From contig MU053513.1 of assembly GCA_013239625.1 (NCBI GenBank), positions 2,902,927 through 2,966,926 on the forward strand: 64,000 bases of DNA. Direction: 5' to 3'. The translations under genes and the position numbers were made by a program. The notes beneath the pieces are model-generated. The model searched no databases. It was not told the origin of the DNA and was given only the letters and a program-made list of their open reading frames with translations. Source of the DNA: Lama guanicoe. Its lineage: Eukaryota. Of the stretch, positions 27,910 through 40,026 are shown piece after piece; the first letter of the stretch is position 1, and each line of letters begins with the position of its first letter.

Positions 27910-28687
27910 TCTAGAGGAAACAGACCTAAATGCCACAGCCTCGGTGCACGGGAGCAGGGAAGTCAAGCCTCCAGACGCATCAAGTATTCAGGAATAGGTC
28001 TCTTTGTCTTTATCTACATTTAGGCCCATCACTTACAATACAGAATTCTGGCTGAAATACATTTGGCTGCAACGAGCATAAAGTGCTTCCCCATACTGCT
28101 GGCAAAACATAATTAACCAAATGACAATGGCTTTCACATACACATTGATTCCTGTAATTTCAAGTCTCCATTACTAGATAAATCAGCAGCAGAATTATAT
28201 TTATCAGCAAAAGCCTCCTCTCCTGGCAGACTTTTTGTTAAAAATATTAATCCTAAAAGAGTAATACTTCCCTTCAGCTTTGCAAAGCAGTCCACCCATA
28301 AAAATGTTAATAGCCACAACCTCATTTTCAGCGTGCTTTTTCCTCCGTTAGCTGTGCGGCTCCCCCACCAGGACAGCTGTGGGCTTTTCTGACTATAAGG
28401 GGCGATGTCATGAGAGGCTGGTCCATGGAGGACAACGTGCTCACCGACTGCTGGGAGAAACCTTGCTGTCCTCGTGCAACTGCTAATTCCTTGTCTGGAA
28501 ATGCACCACTTCACAAGCCCTGACTCCAGCCAGAAAGCACAGGAGGTGAATATCACTGCACCCCGGTACTGGAGGTAGAACCCCATTCGATGTGACGGAG
28601 TTACGCTAGGAAACAACGAAAGTGTCACAGCCCCCAAGTGTCTCACTAGCCCTAAGATTTTCCCCAGGCTCGTGAGTGTTATTTAGG

Positions 28688-28830
28688 CCAAAGTTTCTCA
28701 AACATGCAAGCAAACCTTCTGGAGATCCTGTTAAAATGCAGATTTTGATTCAGTAGGTCGAGCTCGGCCCTGGGATTCCACATTTGTAACCAGCACCCAA
28801 GTGATGGTAGCCCACGGGCCACACTGTAGG
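28688..28830. mobile_element. MER5-like DNA transposon
   Basis: gtttctcaaac...gttaaaatgcagattttgattcagtaggtc...catttgtaaccagcacccaagtgatg. Confidence 0.75.
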
Positions 28831-31004
28831 TATGAAATACCAGCCAACCTGCTTTTCAACCCCTTACCCTTTAGACAGCTGAGAAAGGCCTCATTCCAAG
28901 AGGAGGATGCCCCTGAACAGGAGCCGCTGGTACACTGGTTCCACCTCACACGCAAGTCTGAGAAGTTTGTTTGCTGCCTCAGTTACTCTGGACTCCAAAC
29001 CCAGTGGGAGAGATCACTTCCTGACTTATTTCTGTATCAGTGTAATTGCACAGTAGCGCCTGCCATTCGTGAGCATGCACATCTGGCAGCCCTCTTGCCT
29101 CTGGGCCAGCAGGCTTCAGACTATAGAGTCCTGCAGAGCCCGGGCGAGCATCCAGCTGCTGACGCAGCAGCCAGAGGCTGCTTGGGGACTAAGGGAATAA
29201 CTGTGCTTCGCATCCAAGGGGGTTCAGCCTGGCCTCTGCCTAAGGACAGGAGGGGACAGATCTGGGTGAAGGAGAGCCCAGAGATCAGAGGCTGGCCTCT
29301 TCCTGGACCAACCGCCATCCCTCGAGCTGCAGGCAGGTTTGAATACTTGGGACTGAGAGACAAATGCAGATGTCTTCCTTGGCCCAGGAAGTGAGCCCCG
29401 CTAGTCTGCACTCTGGCAGTACATTAGCTCACATGGAGGAAGCCCTGGCTACTTGCTGATGCAGCTGCTGTTCACAAACACGCGACCGACCAGACCTAGC
29501 AGAGAGGAAAGGGAGGAGGACCACACATCCCTCTCACATGGCAGGGTGGGATGGGTTTCTGTTTAGATTCAGGAGATGCAGTTCCAGAATGAATCAGCTC
29601 TCATCCTTGCCTGCACCACCCAATCAGCCTTGCCTTTTGACCCTGACCAAGTCACTTGACTTTCCCCTGCCTCCCCTGTTTTTCTCATCAGATAAGTGGG
29701 AACAAAAGGAGCTCCTCTGCACAGAGGTGCTGGGCAGTGGAGCCACAGGTGAGAAGAATCTGAGATGTCATCACAGCCCTCACCACTCATAGCTGTTATG
29801 TTTTGGAAAAAGCACTCAGACTGGTAATGACTTAGTTTCCTCACCTCTATAATGGCGTGAAGACCCCAAAGATTATCTCATGAATTTCTAACAGAGATAT
29901 GAATATGACTGCTGTAAACTGCCCAAATGCCAAGATTCCGTCACTGATGCCGAACGAAATACAACAGCCTTGTTTGCACCACACAGATGTGCTACTGTTT
30001 AAGTGTCTTGGGATACACTTACATGGTAGATGGAAAGGCATCCCATGACAAGCATTAGGGAAAAACAGAAAACATTTTGTGCCTTGCCATGCTGAGAAGT
30101 GCAATACTATGAAATATATTTTAGATCAAAGTCCTATTATTCTAACAAGTAATTGAAATGATGCCACAAAAAATTAAGATAACTGAGCTCTGCCTTGCTT
30201 CCCTTATGTAAATGCAGTCTACCCTGAGTTCTCCTTGGCAAGCTAATGGCACTCTGAGGAAATCCACGGCGAGAAATTGCAGCTTCCTCCCAGCCTTCTC
30301 AGGCTGCCCTAGCATTTTAATCTTTGCCTCACGTAAGGCAGGCTTTGAAAGTGCGACCCTGCCCTCCAGACTCACTTATTATCCTTTCCTGAAATAGGAG
30401 TCCTTATTAAAATCCATGCAGCCTGTTCAGCTGTGGCACTGCTGGCTGAGCCCAAATTGAAAAAATTGAAAAAAGCAAGTAAGAAGAGGAAAACAATTTT
30501 ATGTGGCTATTTTGGATCAATAAAATTAATAATTTTTACCCTAAATAAGTAACCCTTACTCCAGCATGATGAGAGACACGTGGTCAGTCACCTAGCCTGG
30601 TAGAACAAGGTTTCCCTGTGAGGTGTAACAAGCATGCCTTGAGCATCTGCTAAGTGCTGCATCGTGTGTGGCGACTGGAAAACATAAATTGGAAAAGGAG
30701 GTGCTAACAGCCTCAGTTTCTTATTTGCTTGGTCTTTACTGAGGTAGGCAACAGGCAGAGTTCTACTTCCAAGCGATCATTTGAAGCAAGTAGGTGCAGA
30801 CGCATGATCAAATAGCGAAAAATGTAGTGTTCTGGACCAATCCAACAAAGTCAGCAGAGGATTGATTGGCATCAACTCAAGCATTCTCAAAGAGCTGGAA
30901 TAATACTATGACTATGTACCACTCCTGGGTGTGCATTAGAATCACCCATGAAGCTTAGTAAAAATACCTGTGAGACCTGAGACACAGCCTAACCTCTAAA
31001 AAGC

Positions 31005-31188
31005 CCAGCTTCTCAAAGTCTGGTGCCCGGACCAGAACATCAGCAGTATCTGGGAACACGCTACAAACGCAAACCCCTGAAACTGGCTTCAGATCTACTG
31101 ACTCTGAAGCCCTAACAGGCCCAGCAATTAGTGTTTTATCCAGTCCTTCTGGTGAATCTGATGCATCTTAAAGTTTGAAAATTACTTC
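31005..31188. mobile_element. MER5A-like DNA transposon
   Basis: ttctcaaagtctggtgcccggaccagaacatcagc...ggcccagcaattagtgtttta...aaagtttgaaaattact. Confidence 0.8.
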
Positions 31189-31574
31189 TCTAAATTACAC
31201 TTTCCAGGGTCTTAGGTGTGCTTTTAGAAGCAGTCACTTTGTCACTGGATTATTTCATACTATTGTGGTTCCCACAAAAGCAAAATATACATGGAGGAGT
31301 CTCAGAGGAGGATAGTTAACATCATCATAAAGACAGAACCGCATCTCTATGAGTGCAAACTAAGGATACAGTTAGGTAGCAGGTTTAGAAAATTATAAAT
31401 GGTATGGATTTGGTAAGCACAGATCTGGCTGGCCAATGTCAGAATGCTATAAAGCAATAATAATGAAGAGAAGCTTCAAAGAAGAAATCTTTCACAAGGA
31501 CTGTCTTGTCCAGTGTATAATAATAATGATCTTTGAAGTAAGAGATACTATCTTATTAAATTTATTCATCAAAG

Positions 31575-31790
31575 GTCAGTAATGCTAAAAGATTACAAGC
31601 TCAGATTTTAGATCAGATTGCTTGGGTTCTTCCACCTAGAGCTCTATGATGTTGGGCAACTTTGCCTCAGTATTCTAATCTATAAAATGGGAAAATAGTA
31701 CCTACCACATAGCATTGTTGTAACAAAGGTGTTCATATACATAAAATGCCAGTAAGCACTTGATAAATGTTAGCTACCATTATCATTATC
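31575..31790 (+). mobile_element. MIR SINE
   Basis: tcagattgcttgggttc...gcctcagtattctaatctataaaatgggaaaatagtacctacc. Confidence 0.75.
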
Positions 31791-32094
31791 ATCCCTTCTT
31801 TTTATCTCCTACTGCATCAGGCCCATCACTCAAATATTTGCTGACTTAAATTGAAAGATATTTGTAAAAGTCTTAGGAGTTTTACAATATATATAGACAA
31901 GGAGTAAAAGAAAACATGGATAAACAAGGACAGCTAGATTCATTGGGGAGTGAGGCAGAAGATAATTTTTTTCATTAACTTTGATTAATAAAAAAATTTA
32001 AATGAAGGTTGAGACAAATTGATGCATGCCAAATCCATAATTGGCAATTATGAGAACTTAATGATATTTGAACTGAATTTATAGAGATAAAAAT

Positions 32095-32325
32095 AGAATC
32101 TCAGGATTAGAAAAGATCTTGGCAAAGCATGTATTCTAAATCAATGTAAGAGTATACATTTGACAGCATCCCTGTGAGTCTTGGTATGGATACTTCCAGT
32201 CATTGAGACCTCATTATTTGACAAGATAGCACATTCCAATTTTGAACAGGTTTAATGTCTAGAAAGTTACTGCTTATATTGAGCTCAAATCTGCCTTCAC
32301 ACCTTTCAATCACTAGTCCTCTTTC
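32095..32325 (-). mobile_element. L3/CR1 3' end
   Basis: acagcatccctg...gatacttccagt...cattccaattttgaacag...tagaaagttactgcttatattgagctcaaatctgcct. Confidence 0.7.
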
Positions 32326-34446
32326 CTGTGATTTTTATGAAATACAATCTTCCTGGGCATTCAAACCCATTGAACATATTATAATTGAGGAGAGCCTCAT
32401 CTCTGGATAAAACTAATTTGTCTTTCTGTTGGGGTTGAAACAAATACTACCCCCAAATTCCCGTATTTAAAAATATTTTGGAATGTGCTTCTCTGCATGG
32501 AGGCACTATTACAGGCAAGAAAGGAATGGAAGGGGCTTAAGATACAAACAGAATAATACCTGTGAGGAACTAAAGTGTATATACAGGAAGTCAGCTCTGC
32601 ACACAAGTAATGTGAATAAATGGGTCTAGGTGTCCTGACAGCAACCGGCAGAGGCTACACCGCACACAAGCACACCAAGGAGAAGGTAGTCAGAAAAGGC
32701 CTGGAAGGTGAGCAGTTCACTAGGTAAATGAGGGGAGGGGCAGTCATTTGAAAATTCAGAAAGCTGTGAAATATACTGTATATTCTGGAATTCAAAGTGA
32801 TTCAACATGCCCAAAGCACTGAGCATCAAGAGGAGGGGGTGCAAGGAGAGATAAGCTGGGAGACAGGCAGATGTCAGAGTCTTCTGGACTGAAAGGTCTT
32901 CATGGTCCACTACTTCAAGGAATGTCATTAGCCCTGAGATACTTAGCACAGCCTACATGTGGTAAAAACCCAACTCATCATGGCCTATTTCTTTCCAAGG
33001 AAGTGGTATGGACTCTGTCCTATAGAAGGCAACTTGGAGTTCAGTGAAGTTAAGTACCTCATCTCAATCTGAACGCTGTTGGACCAACATACAAAAATCA
33101 ACCTTACAATTTGCTGACTCTCAAGTTTTCCAAATGTTTCCAGGTCTCTTTTGTGAATTAGAGAATGAGAAAAAGGAAAGGGCTGGATAAAGAAAGTGCA
33201 CCACATCCCACGGCTTCAGTGAAGAGGAATTGATGCGGTGCAGACATCAGTTGTTGGCAGATTAGCAATGAAATCCCTGGAAGAGCATTCTAGCAGGTTC
33301 AGCTCCACAAGACCGAACAGAACCAAATACCTTGTCTTCCCTTTGGGGATCTCCATTGTCAGTAACCTGGGTAAGCTCCACTAAAAGCACTCATTTGCTA
33401 AAAGGTACCCTGTCCACACCAATACACTGCCATAGAATTAACTCCAGGCTAGGAAAATTGCAAAAGTGAGTACAAGGAAATTCATAGAACTGATGACTTT
33501 AACAAATCTGAGCTGATTAACAGGATGCCTTGAACTAAAATCCTTGTGTTGCAATCAATCTTCCAAGAAACTTCATGAAAGCACACTTGAGGGAGATAAT
33601 TCATGAGCTATTCGAGGCAGGTTTCTTTATAAAAAGAGAGGAATAATTGGAAAAGACACAATATGCTGACAATTAGGGTGACTATTAGCTAATAATTCTT
33701 AAGTTAACACTCTTTGGTAAATAAATGTCTACATTTATATTTACATTTATTCCCTATAAAAGGTGTCTTGACACTTTTTCTAACAAAGATCCACTTGAGA
33801 CACTTACTCATCAGAGCAAACTTTTTTCTAATCAGTCAGAGGTCATAGGGAAGAGACAGTGATGGGACATTTTCATGATAAGATCATTACTAGGACGGGA
33901 ACCCACAAGTAGTTTGTGAAATGAATGATTGGTCAGGTGAGGAATTGACGGCAGTTTTTCCAGTATTTAAATCAGTAAGTTGCAGAACAGTTAGGAAATA
34001 ATGATTATGGACCAGAAGTAATGCTAAAGACATAGCATTTGAGCAGGAAAGAGGAGCAAAGTTTCTACCCAATTATTACTTAAAAGTCAAAGGATTAAGG
34101 AAGCATATGGATGGTTGCACATCCACTGAGTGACCACAAAGAAGACTGCATCTGGAGACAGCCCTGTAGGCACTTATTTGTGTGGTTAATTTTCCAATAA
34201 AGATAGAATAAGTTTCTCCTTCTAAGCTGTAGAAAATATCCACTCCTTTCTCAGCCCTGTATTCCACTACTCATTGAAAATCAGTTGTTCTTTACATCAA
34301 ACTATGCAGTTGTTCATCTTGCTCCATTGGTTGGGTGAAACCACTGCAAATCTGAGTGACTAAATATTCAGTGATCATCTTAACAGGGTCTTATTCAAAA
34401 GGAATGGCCACTAGCCTGACATCATTGTCATAGTTATGCTAGAGAT

Positions 34447-34800
34447 TGTCTATTGGTCCTCAGTATCCATTTTTACCTTCTTCTGTGCTCTTCCCCCATC
34501 CCACAGAGCAAGAGATGGGAAACTAACAACTACATTTCCCAGATTTCCTGGCCACTGAGGTCCTGGATGCCATTTAGATTCTGCCAGTGGAATGTACTCC
34601 TGCAAGATCGGAACTGCAGAAGGAAATGGGCTCAATCTTCCTGCAGCATTGGTCGCTGAAGCGTGGCCTCTGGCAATTGTGAGTTTTGCAGCATTTTCAC
34701 TGGCTAGACACCATATTTGTGATGTGGAAAACTGAGAGACTCTCACTAGTTTCCCGCAGTTATCCGACCTTGAATAAGTGATGTGCCTTCTCCATCCCTT
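34447..34800. mobile_element. LTR33/LTR41-like ERVL LTR fragment
   Basis: aactacatttcccagatttcctggcc...ctggatgccatttagattctgccagt. Confidence 0.6.
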
Positions 34801-35902
34801 GGATTACTATTTTGTAAATAGCAAAATAATAATATTGTACAGGGTTCCTTTGAAGGCTATGGGAGTAACTGGAAAGGAGGTATTAGACACTACTTCTACT
34901 GCATGTAAACCACCTAGGAGATTGCCTGGCAAAAAGAAGCACTCAATAAGGGTTAGCTAAGATGATGATGATTTGAGACCAACAGAATATAGCTGACAGA
35001 GGAAGAGATTTGATGTCAGAAGACAGAGGACAGTTGTGTGGCACTTAACAAACTACTTAACCTCTTCATGCTTCATTGGTTTAATGTTCTCAATTCAAAG
35101 TGGAGACTGTGTCAAGTTCACGAGGTTACTTACTAAATGCAACAATATGTCTGCAAACTCTGTAAAGCATAAAGAATTGTACAAGTGTTTATCATTATTA
35201 GTTAGAGCAAAAAGTGCAGAAGAGGGTCACAGGAAGGAGCCATGACTTCTACAGAGAATCAGGCAAACCACCATGGAGGAAATGGCTTTTGGACAGGGCT
35301 CTGAGGCAGATTTTCCACGTGTGGCAATAGCAGAGGAGCCTGCCAGTTTGAAGTAGGGTATGAAGATGAGAAACTGAAGGGCCAATATAGAATATATTAT
35401 TCTTCTTCTAACAGCTTTTTCTAGTAGTTATGCCACATAAGCTTTGAGAAACAGTTAAGAGGAGGAATCCTAAGTGGAATCTCCTAATTGGCTTTCTGCA
35501 TACTTCACATCATTTACGGAGAAAACTAGTCAGGGAGGCAGGATGTCCTGAGAAGAGAAAGCTCATGGGCATGATTATGTACTCTACAGAATTTGAGATG
35601 CATTTTTCTACAGTTGAAAGAAAGAAAGCTTCCTACTAGCAGGAAAATGTCAAGGTGGCTCAGATGGTTAATATTATTCTGTTGCCATGATTCCTGTGTT
35701 TTTGTCAGCATAAGTAATTTCAGCACAAGCACACCACTCACTGAAGAGATGAACGACCTCATGTTAGGTGACTCCATTTCCAACCTCTAAGTGGGGATAA
35801 TAACAACAGGCTGAGAGTGGATTATTTAAAGTAAAGAATTGTAAAAGATCATGCTGGTTTCAGGAAGCAAATAAGCAAATTGACCACAGACCCATGCACT
35901 AA

Positions 35903-35929
35903 ATACATACATACATACATACATACATA
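35903..35929 (+). repeat. (ATAC)6 microsatellite
   Basis: Seen directly in the sequence. Confidence 0.95.
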
Positions 35930-36910
35930 AATTCTGGAGATGATGAGGGCAGATGGGGTCAGTTCATATTCACGCGGCTCCCACAAATATCAAAGACAAA
36001 TCTGCCTCTTTGAAATAGATGTTCACGAAACAAACACAAGGGCTATTTGACACATAGCTTAACACCTAAAACTTTGCCTCATTTTCATCCTCAGTGGATT
36101 TCTGACAAACGATATCCATTTCCACCTAATTTAAAATCAAGAGAATATATTACCATTTTCCCCTAGTTCTTTAATTTGAGAAAGTCAACACCGTTACTCT
36201 GAAAGGCTGTCCTGAAAACATCCTGTCTGAAAATTCACATTATTTCAAGAATACAGGGTTAAAAGGCTCAGTGCAGCCAGGGATGAAATACAGTTATCAA
36301 TTGTACTGCTTTTGAAACAGGGCTGAAGTAACTCACAAAACAGCAGTTCCCTTTGAAAAATGTAAGGAGAGAAACAGGAGGTCAGTTCATCAGCAAGAGA
36401 GCAAGAATGGTGGTGTTGTGGCTGTTATGCCTACCAGTACAATACAGGGAGGAGTCGGGAGGAGTCAGGAGGAGAGCTTCACTTTGGTACTCAGTCCAGA
36501 TGTGGACTGCAGCAAGATAATCGACTTACAGCAGCACATACCAGTAAGCAAAAGTCTCAACTCTAATACCCCTCACCTAACTCAACAGAAGCAATCAAGA
36601 TTAAGTCATATATGAGAAATCTAGGCTATTGAGCCCTGAGCAAAGAGAGAAGGGTCAGTATGAAGAATAATTTTTCAGCACATTGGATGCTCCTTGTTTG
36701 CCCTTGATCATGTGACTGAAACCTGGGGGCTCTGGAGTCTGGATTTCAAGACTCAGCCCTGTCATTCTGAGCAAATGTGACTTGGAGCCAGTTGTATAAC
36801 CTACCCTAGTCTCAATTTCCTGATCTACAGTATAGGAGAATAATTTTACATAACTCAGAGTAACCGGGAGACATTTTCAAATTCAGTGACTCATTACAAG
36901 ATTTACACAT

Positions 36911-37310
36911 TGTTATGGTTAATTTCACATCAACTTGGCCAGACTATGATGCCCAGGTATTTGGTCAAATGCTATTTCGGGTGTTTCTGTGAAGTTGTTT
37001 TTTGGATGCAAGCACCACTGAAATTGGACTTTGAGTGAAGCAGATTATCCTCCATAATGTGGGTGGGCCTTATCCAATCAGATAAAGTCCTAATTGAACA
37101 GAGACTGACCTCTCCCAAATGAAAAGGAATTCTGTCAGCAGACTGCCTTTGGACTCAAACTGCAAAATTTCCTTGAGCCTCAAGCACGCTGGCCTACCCT
37201 GCCTCACCCGGCCTCCACAATTGCAAAAGCCAGTCCCTTAGAAGAAATCTCTCTGTACATATGCACACATCCTGTTGGTTCTGCTTCTCTGGAGGACCCT
37301 GACTAATACA
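36911..37310 (+). mobile_element. MLT2D-like solo LTR
   Basis: tgttatggttaattt...ccataatgtgggtgggccttatccaatcag...ctctggaggaccctgactaataca, with TG...CA ends. Confidence 0.9.
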
Positions 37311-37339
37311 TACACCATGAAAAAGAAGAAATTAATTGG

Positions 37340-38030
37340 CAAAGGTGATTTAAAAGAAGAAAGTACCATCTTGATAAGTTTCAAGAGAAAAATCATAGTC
37401 ATTTCAATATATGCCCCAAAGTCATTTGATAAAATTCAACACATATAGATATAATCAAAAGAAATAAGTTTAAAAGTAATTCTTCCTTAATATAGTAAAG
37501 AAAACCAAATCAGGTCAACTTTATGCTGAATGACCAAGCATTAGAAGCACTCTTTTAAAATATCTCTTTAGAAGCTGTTATTTGTAATTGCTTGATAAGC
37601 TCTAGTCAGTGCAATAAATATTGAAAAGAAGCGAGAAAAAGATCATTTAAGAGCACTGAGTTTGCAAACTGGGACAATCCAAAGGAAACCTGTAAACCTT
37701 AAGTAGAACTCTTAAGAGAGTTCAGTATAACAAACAAATGCAAGACAAATACACAAATAAAATTAATGGCATTTCTACATACCAAAATTAAACACCTATA
37801 AACATGATTTTAAGCTGGCACTAGAGATAAGAAAAATAACAGATGAGCAAACAATTGTTGAACTATTAGATGCCACAAGAACTTTATTTAAAATGTAAAT
37901 ACATGCTCTTTTTCAGCAACTCACTTAAAAATTACTTGTATAGATAGCATATTCTTAACAGAAAGAACAACTTATTAAAATGTCTGTTTTTATTAAATTA
38001 ATATACAATGCAATTCCAAAAAATATTTCA
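37340..38030 (+). mobile_element. Old L1M ORF2 fragment
   Basis: atcatagtcatttcaata...catttgataaaattcaac (AFDKIQ motif), aattaatatacaatgcaattccaa. Confidence 0.7.
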
Positions 38031-38034
38031 CTAG

Positions 38035-38548
38035 TGTGGGTAGATTACATTATTCAAGGCAAATATTCATTCTCTCTACACTCACCTCCACAGGAGAAGT
38101 ATACTTCCCACCACCCAATTGATGTTGGAATTGGCCATGTTAACTTGCCATGGCCTCACAGTGGGTGAAGTGTACTTTCTTGCCTCCTCATTTTGGTCTT
38201 GGCTCTGTGACTTCCTTTGGTCAATGAGATATCCTTTGGTCAATGTAGATGTGAAGCCAGCAGAAGCTGAATGTGCTTTCAAAGTTGAGCTTAGTCTCTT
38301 GTGCTGTTGCCATCACCATACGAAAAATACATTCCAGGTGACCCAGAAGTCATCAGTGAAGAGAGACACAGGAAGCAGACCTGGACCCAACTTGCAGATT
38401 TGAAGCTAGGCCCAGGTGAGCCACTGGGTGGGCTGTATCCCCACTGATCCATAGAAGAGTGAGCAAGAATAAATGATTGTTGTTTAAGCCACGGAGTTTG
38501 GGGGTGATTTGTTACATAGCACTGTTATGCAAATAGTTGCCTGGTACA
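38035..38548 (+). mobile_element. Old MLT1 (I/J-like) solo LTR
   Basis: ttggctctgtgacttcctttggtcaatgag...aataaatgattgttgtttaagccac...tttgttacatagca...ggtaca. Confidence 0.8.
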
Positions 38549-38761
38549 ACCAAAACTTTCTATTTTGTTAAACAAAATGATATAGAGATGAACTTACTAA
38601 ATATTCTGGAAAAAAAGATGAGCAAAGAGGAAGCAAGTCTAATCCCACAAGGAACAATAATTTTAAAAAAATAGTATTTACCAAAAAAGAAAAAAACAAA
38701 GTTAATCAATGAACCAAAATAATGAGCACAAAAAATAAAGCTAATAAGATATATACATATA

Positions 38762-39262
38762 TATCCATCAGCAGACAATTGGTTTAAAAAGATGTGGTAT
38801 ATACATATACAATGGAAAATTGCTCAGCCATAAAATAGAATTAAATAATGCCATTTGCATCAACATGGGTGAACCCAGAGATTATCATACCAAGTGAAGT
38901 AAGTCAGACAGGGAAAGACAAATCTTGTATCACTTATATGTGGAATCTAAAAAATAATACAAATGAATCTATATACAAAACAGAAACAGACTCACAGACA
39001 AAGAAAACAAACTATGGCCACTAAAGGTGAAGGGGGAGAGTAATCAGAAGTACAGAATTAACAGATACAAACTACTGTACATAAAATAAATGCATAACAA
39101 GGATTTACTGTAGAACACAAGGAACAATATTCAATATCTTTCAGTAACCTATAATGGAAAATAATCTGAAATATATATATATTATATAAAACTGAGTCAC
39201 TCTGCTGTATACCTGAAACTGACACAATATTGTAAATCAATTACACTTCAATTTTAAAAATG
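38762..39262 (+). mobile_element. Artiodactyl-type L1 3' end
   Basis: aataatgccatttgcatcaacatgg...tacaaaacagaaacagactcacagac...actgagtcactctgctgtatacctgaaactgacacaatattgtaaatcaa. Confidence 0.9.
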
Positions 39263-40026
39263 GAAAAAGATTATGAGCAAAACAGATACTTTTCAGAAAA
39301 GTGCTTAAAATATGATCCTTTTTTCTTCCTTCTTTTCTTTTTATTGTATATATATGAGAAGATGGATGTTAACTAAACCTACAATGGTAATCATTTCACA
39401 GTATATGTAAATAAAACCATTTTATTTATATATATAAATATAATAATATATTATATAATAGATATATATAAAAGAAATGGGCTACCCAAAACAAAGCAAA
39501 AAAGAGAATTGCAGAATAGTGTAATGATAAATGGTTAGCAATGTAAAAATATCCACAAACTTTTACATACACCACAATTACAACTTCATAAATATGTGTG
39601 TATATAGAGAAAGAATATATAGAAAATGATTGCATAACAGGACATTTAAATGAAAGGACTGCAGCCTCAAGGTTTTTGGGAGAAACAACACAGTCCAGAA
39701 AAATATAACATTTGTGCACAGTACTTTCACATACTAAAACTAGGAGCAAAAATAACTATACAGGACATTTTGAAATTATCAGAATGCTTCAGTTAGCATT
39801 TGCCTATTTCTGGCATATGTAAGGAAAGTGGAAGAGGCATTTTTTGAGGAAGAAAGTAGTCCCCCTCTTTATCCTCAAGTTTTACAAGCCCTTCCACAGC
39901 AGAGATGTGATTACTCTAGGTAAGTGTTAGCTGTCATTACAAGGGGCAGTATGTGTGGTGGGCAAGAGCAGGGACTCCAGAGCCAGGGCACAAGCCTCAG
40001 AAACTTCACTTAAAAACAATTAACTT

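Noticed and set aside
28134..28646. 170 aa ORF (-)
   Set aside because: Non-ATG start, no homology I recognise, no convincing splice context.
28801..29394. Longest ORF in the track (197 aa, +)
   Set aside because: Starts at a GTG inside a MER5 element, has no recognisable domain and is antisense to the host gene. Consistent with a chance ORF in GC-richer DNA.
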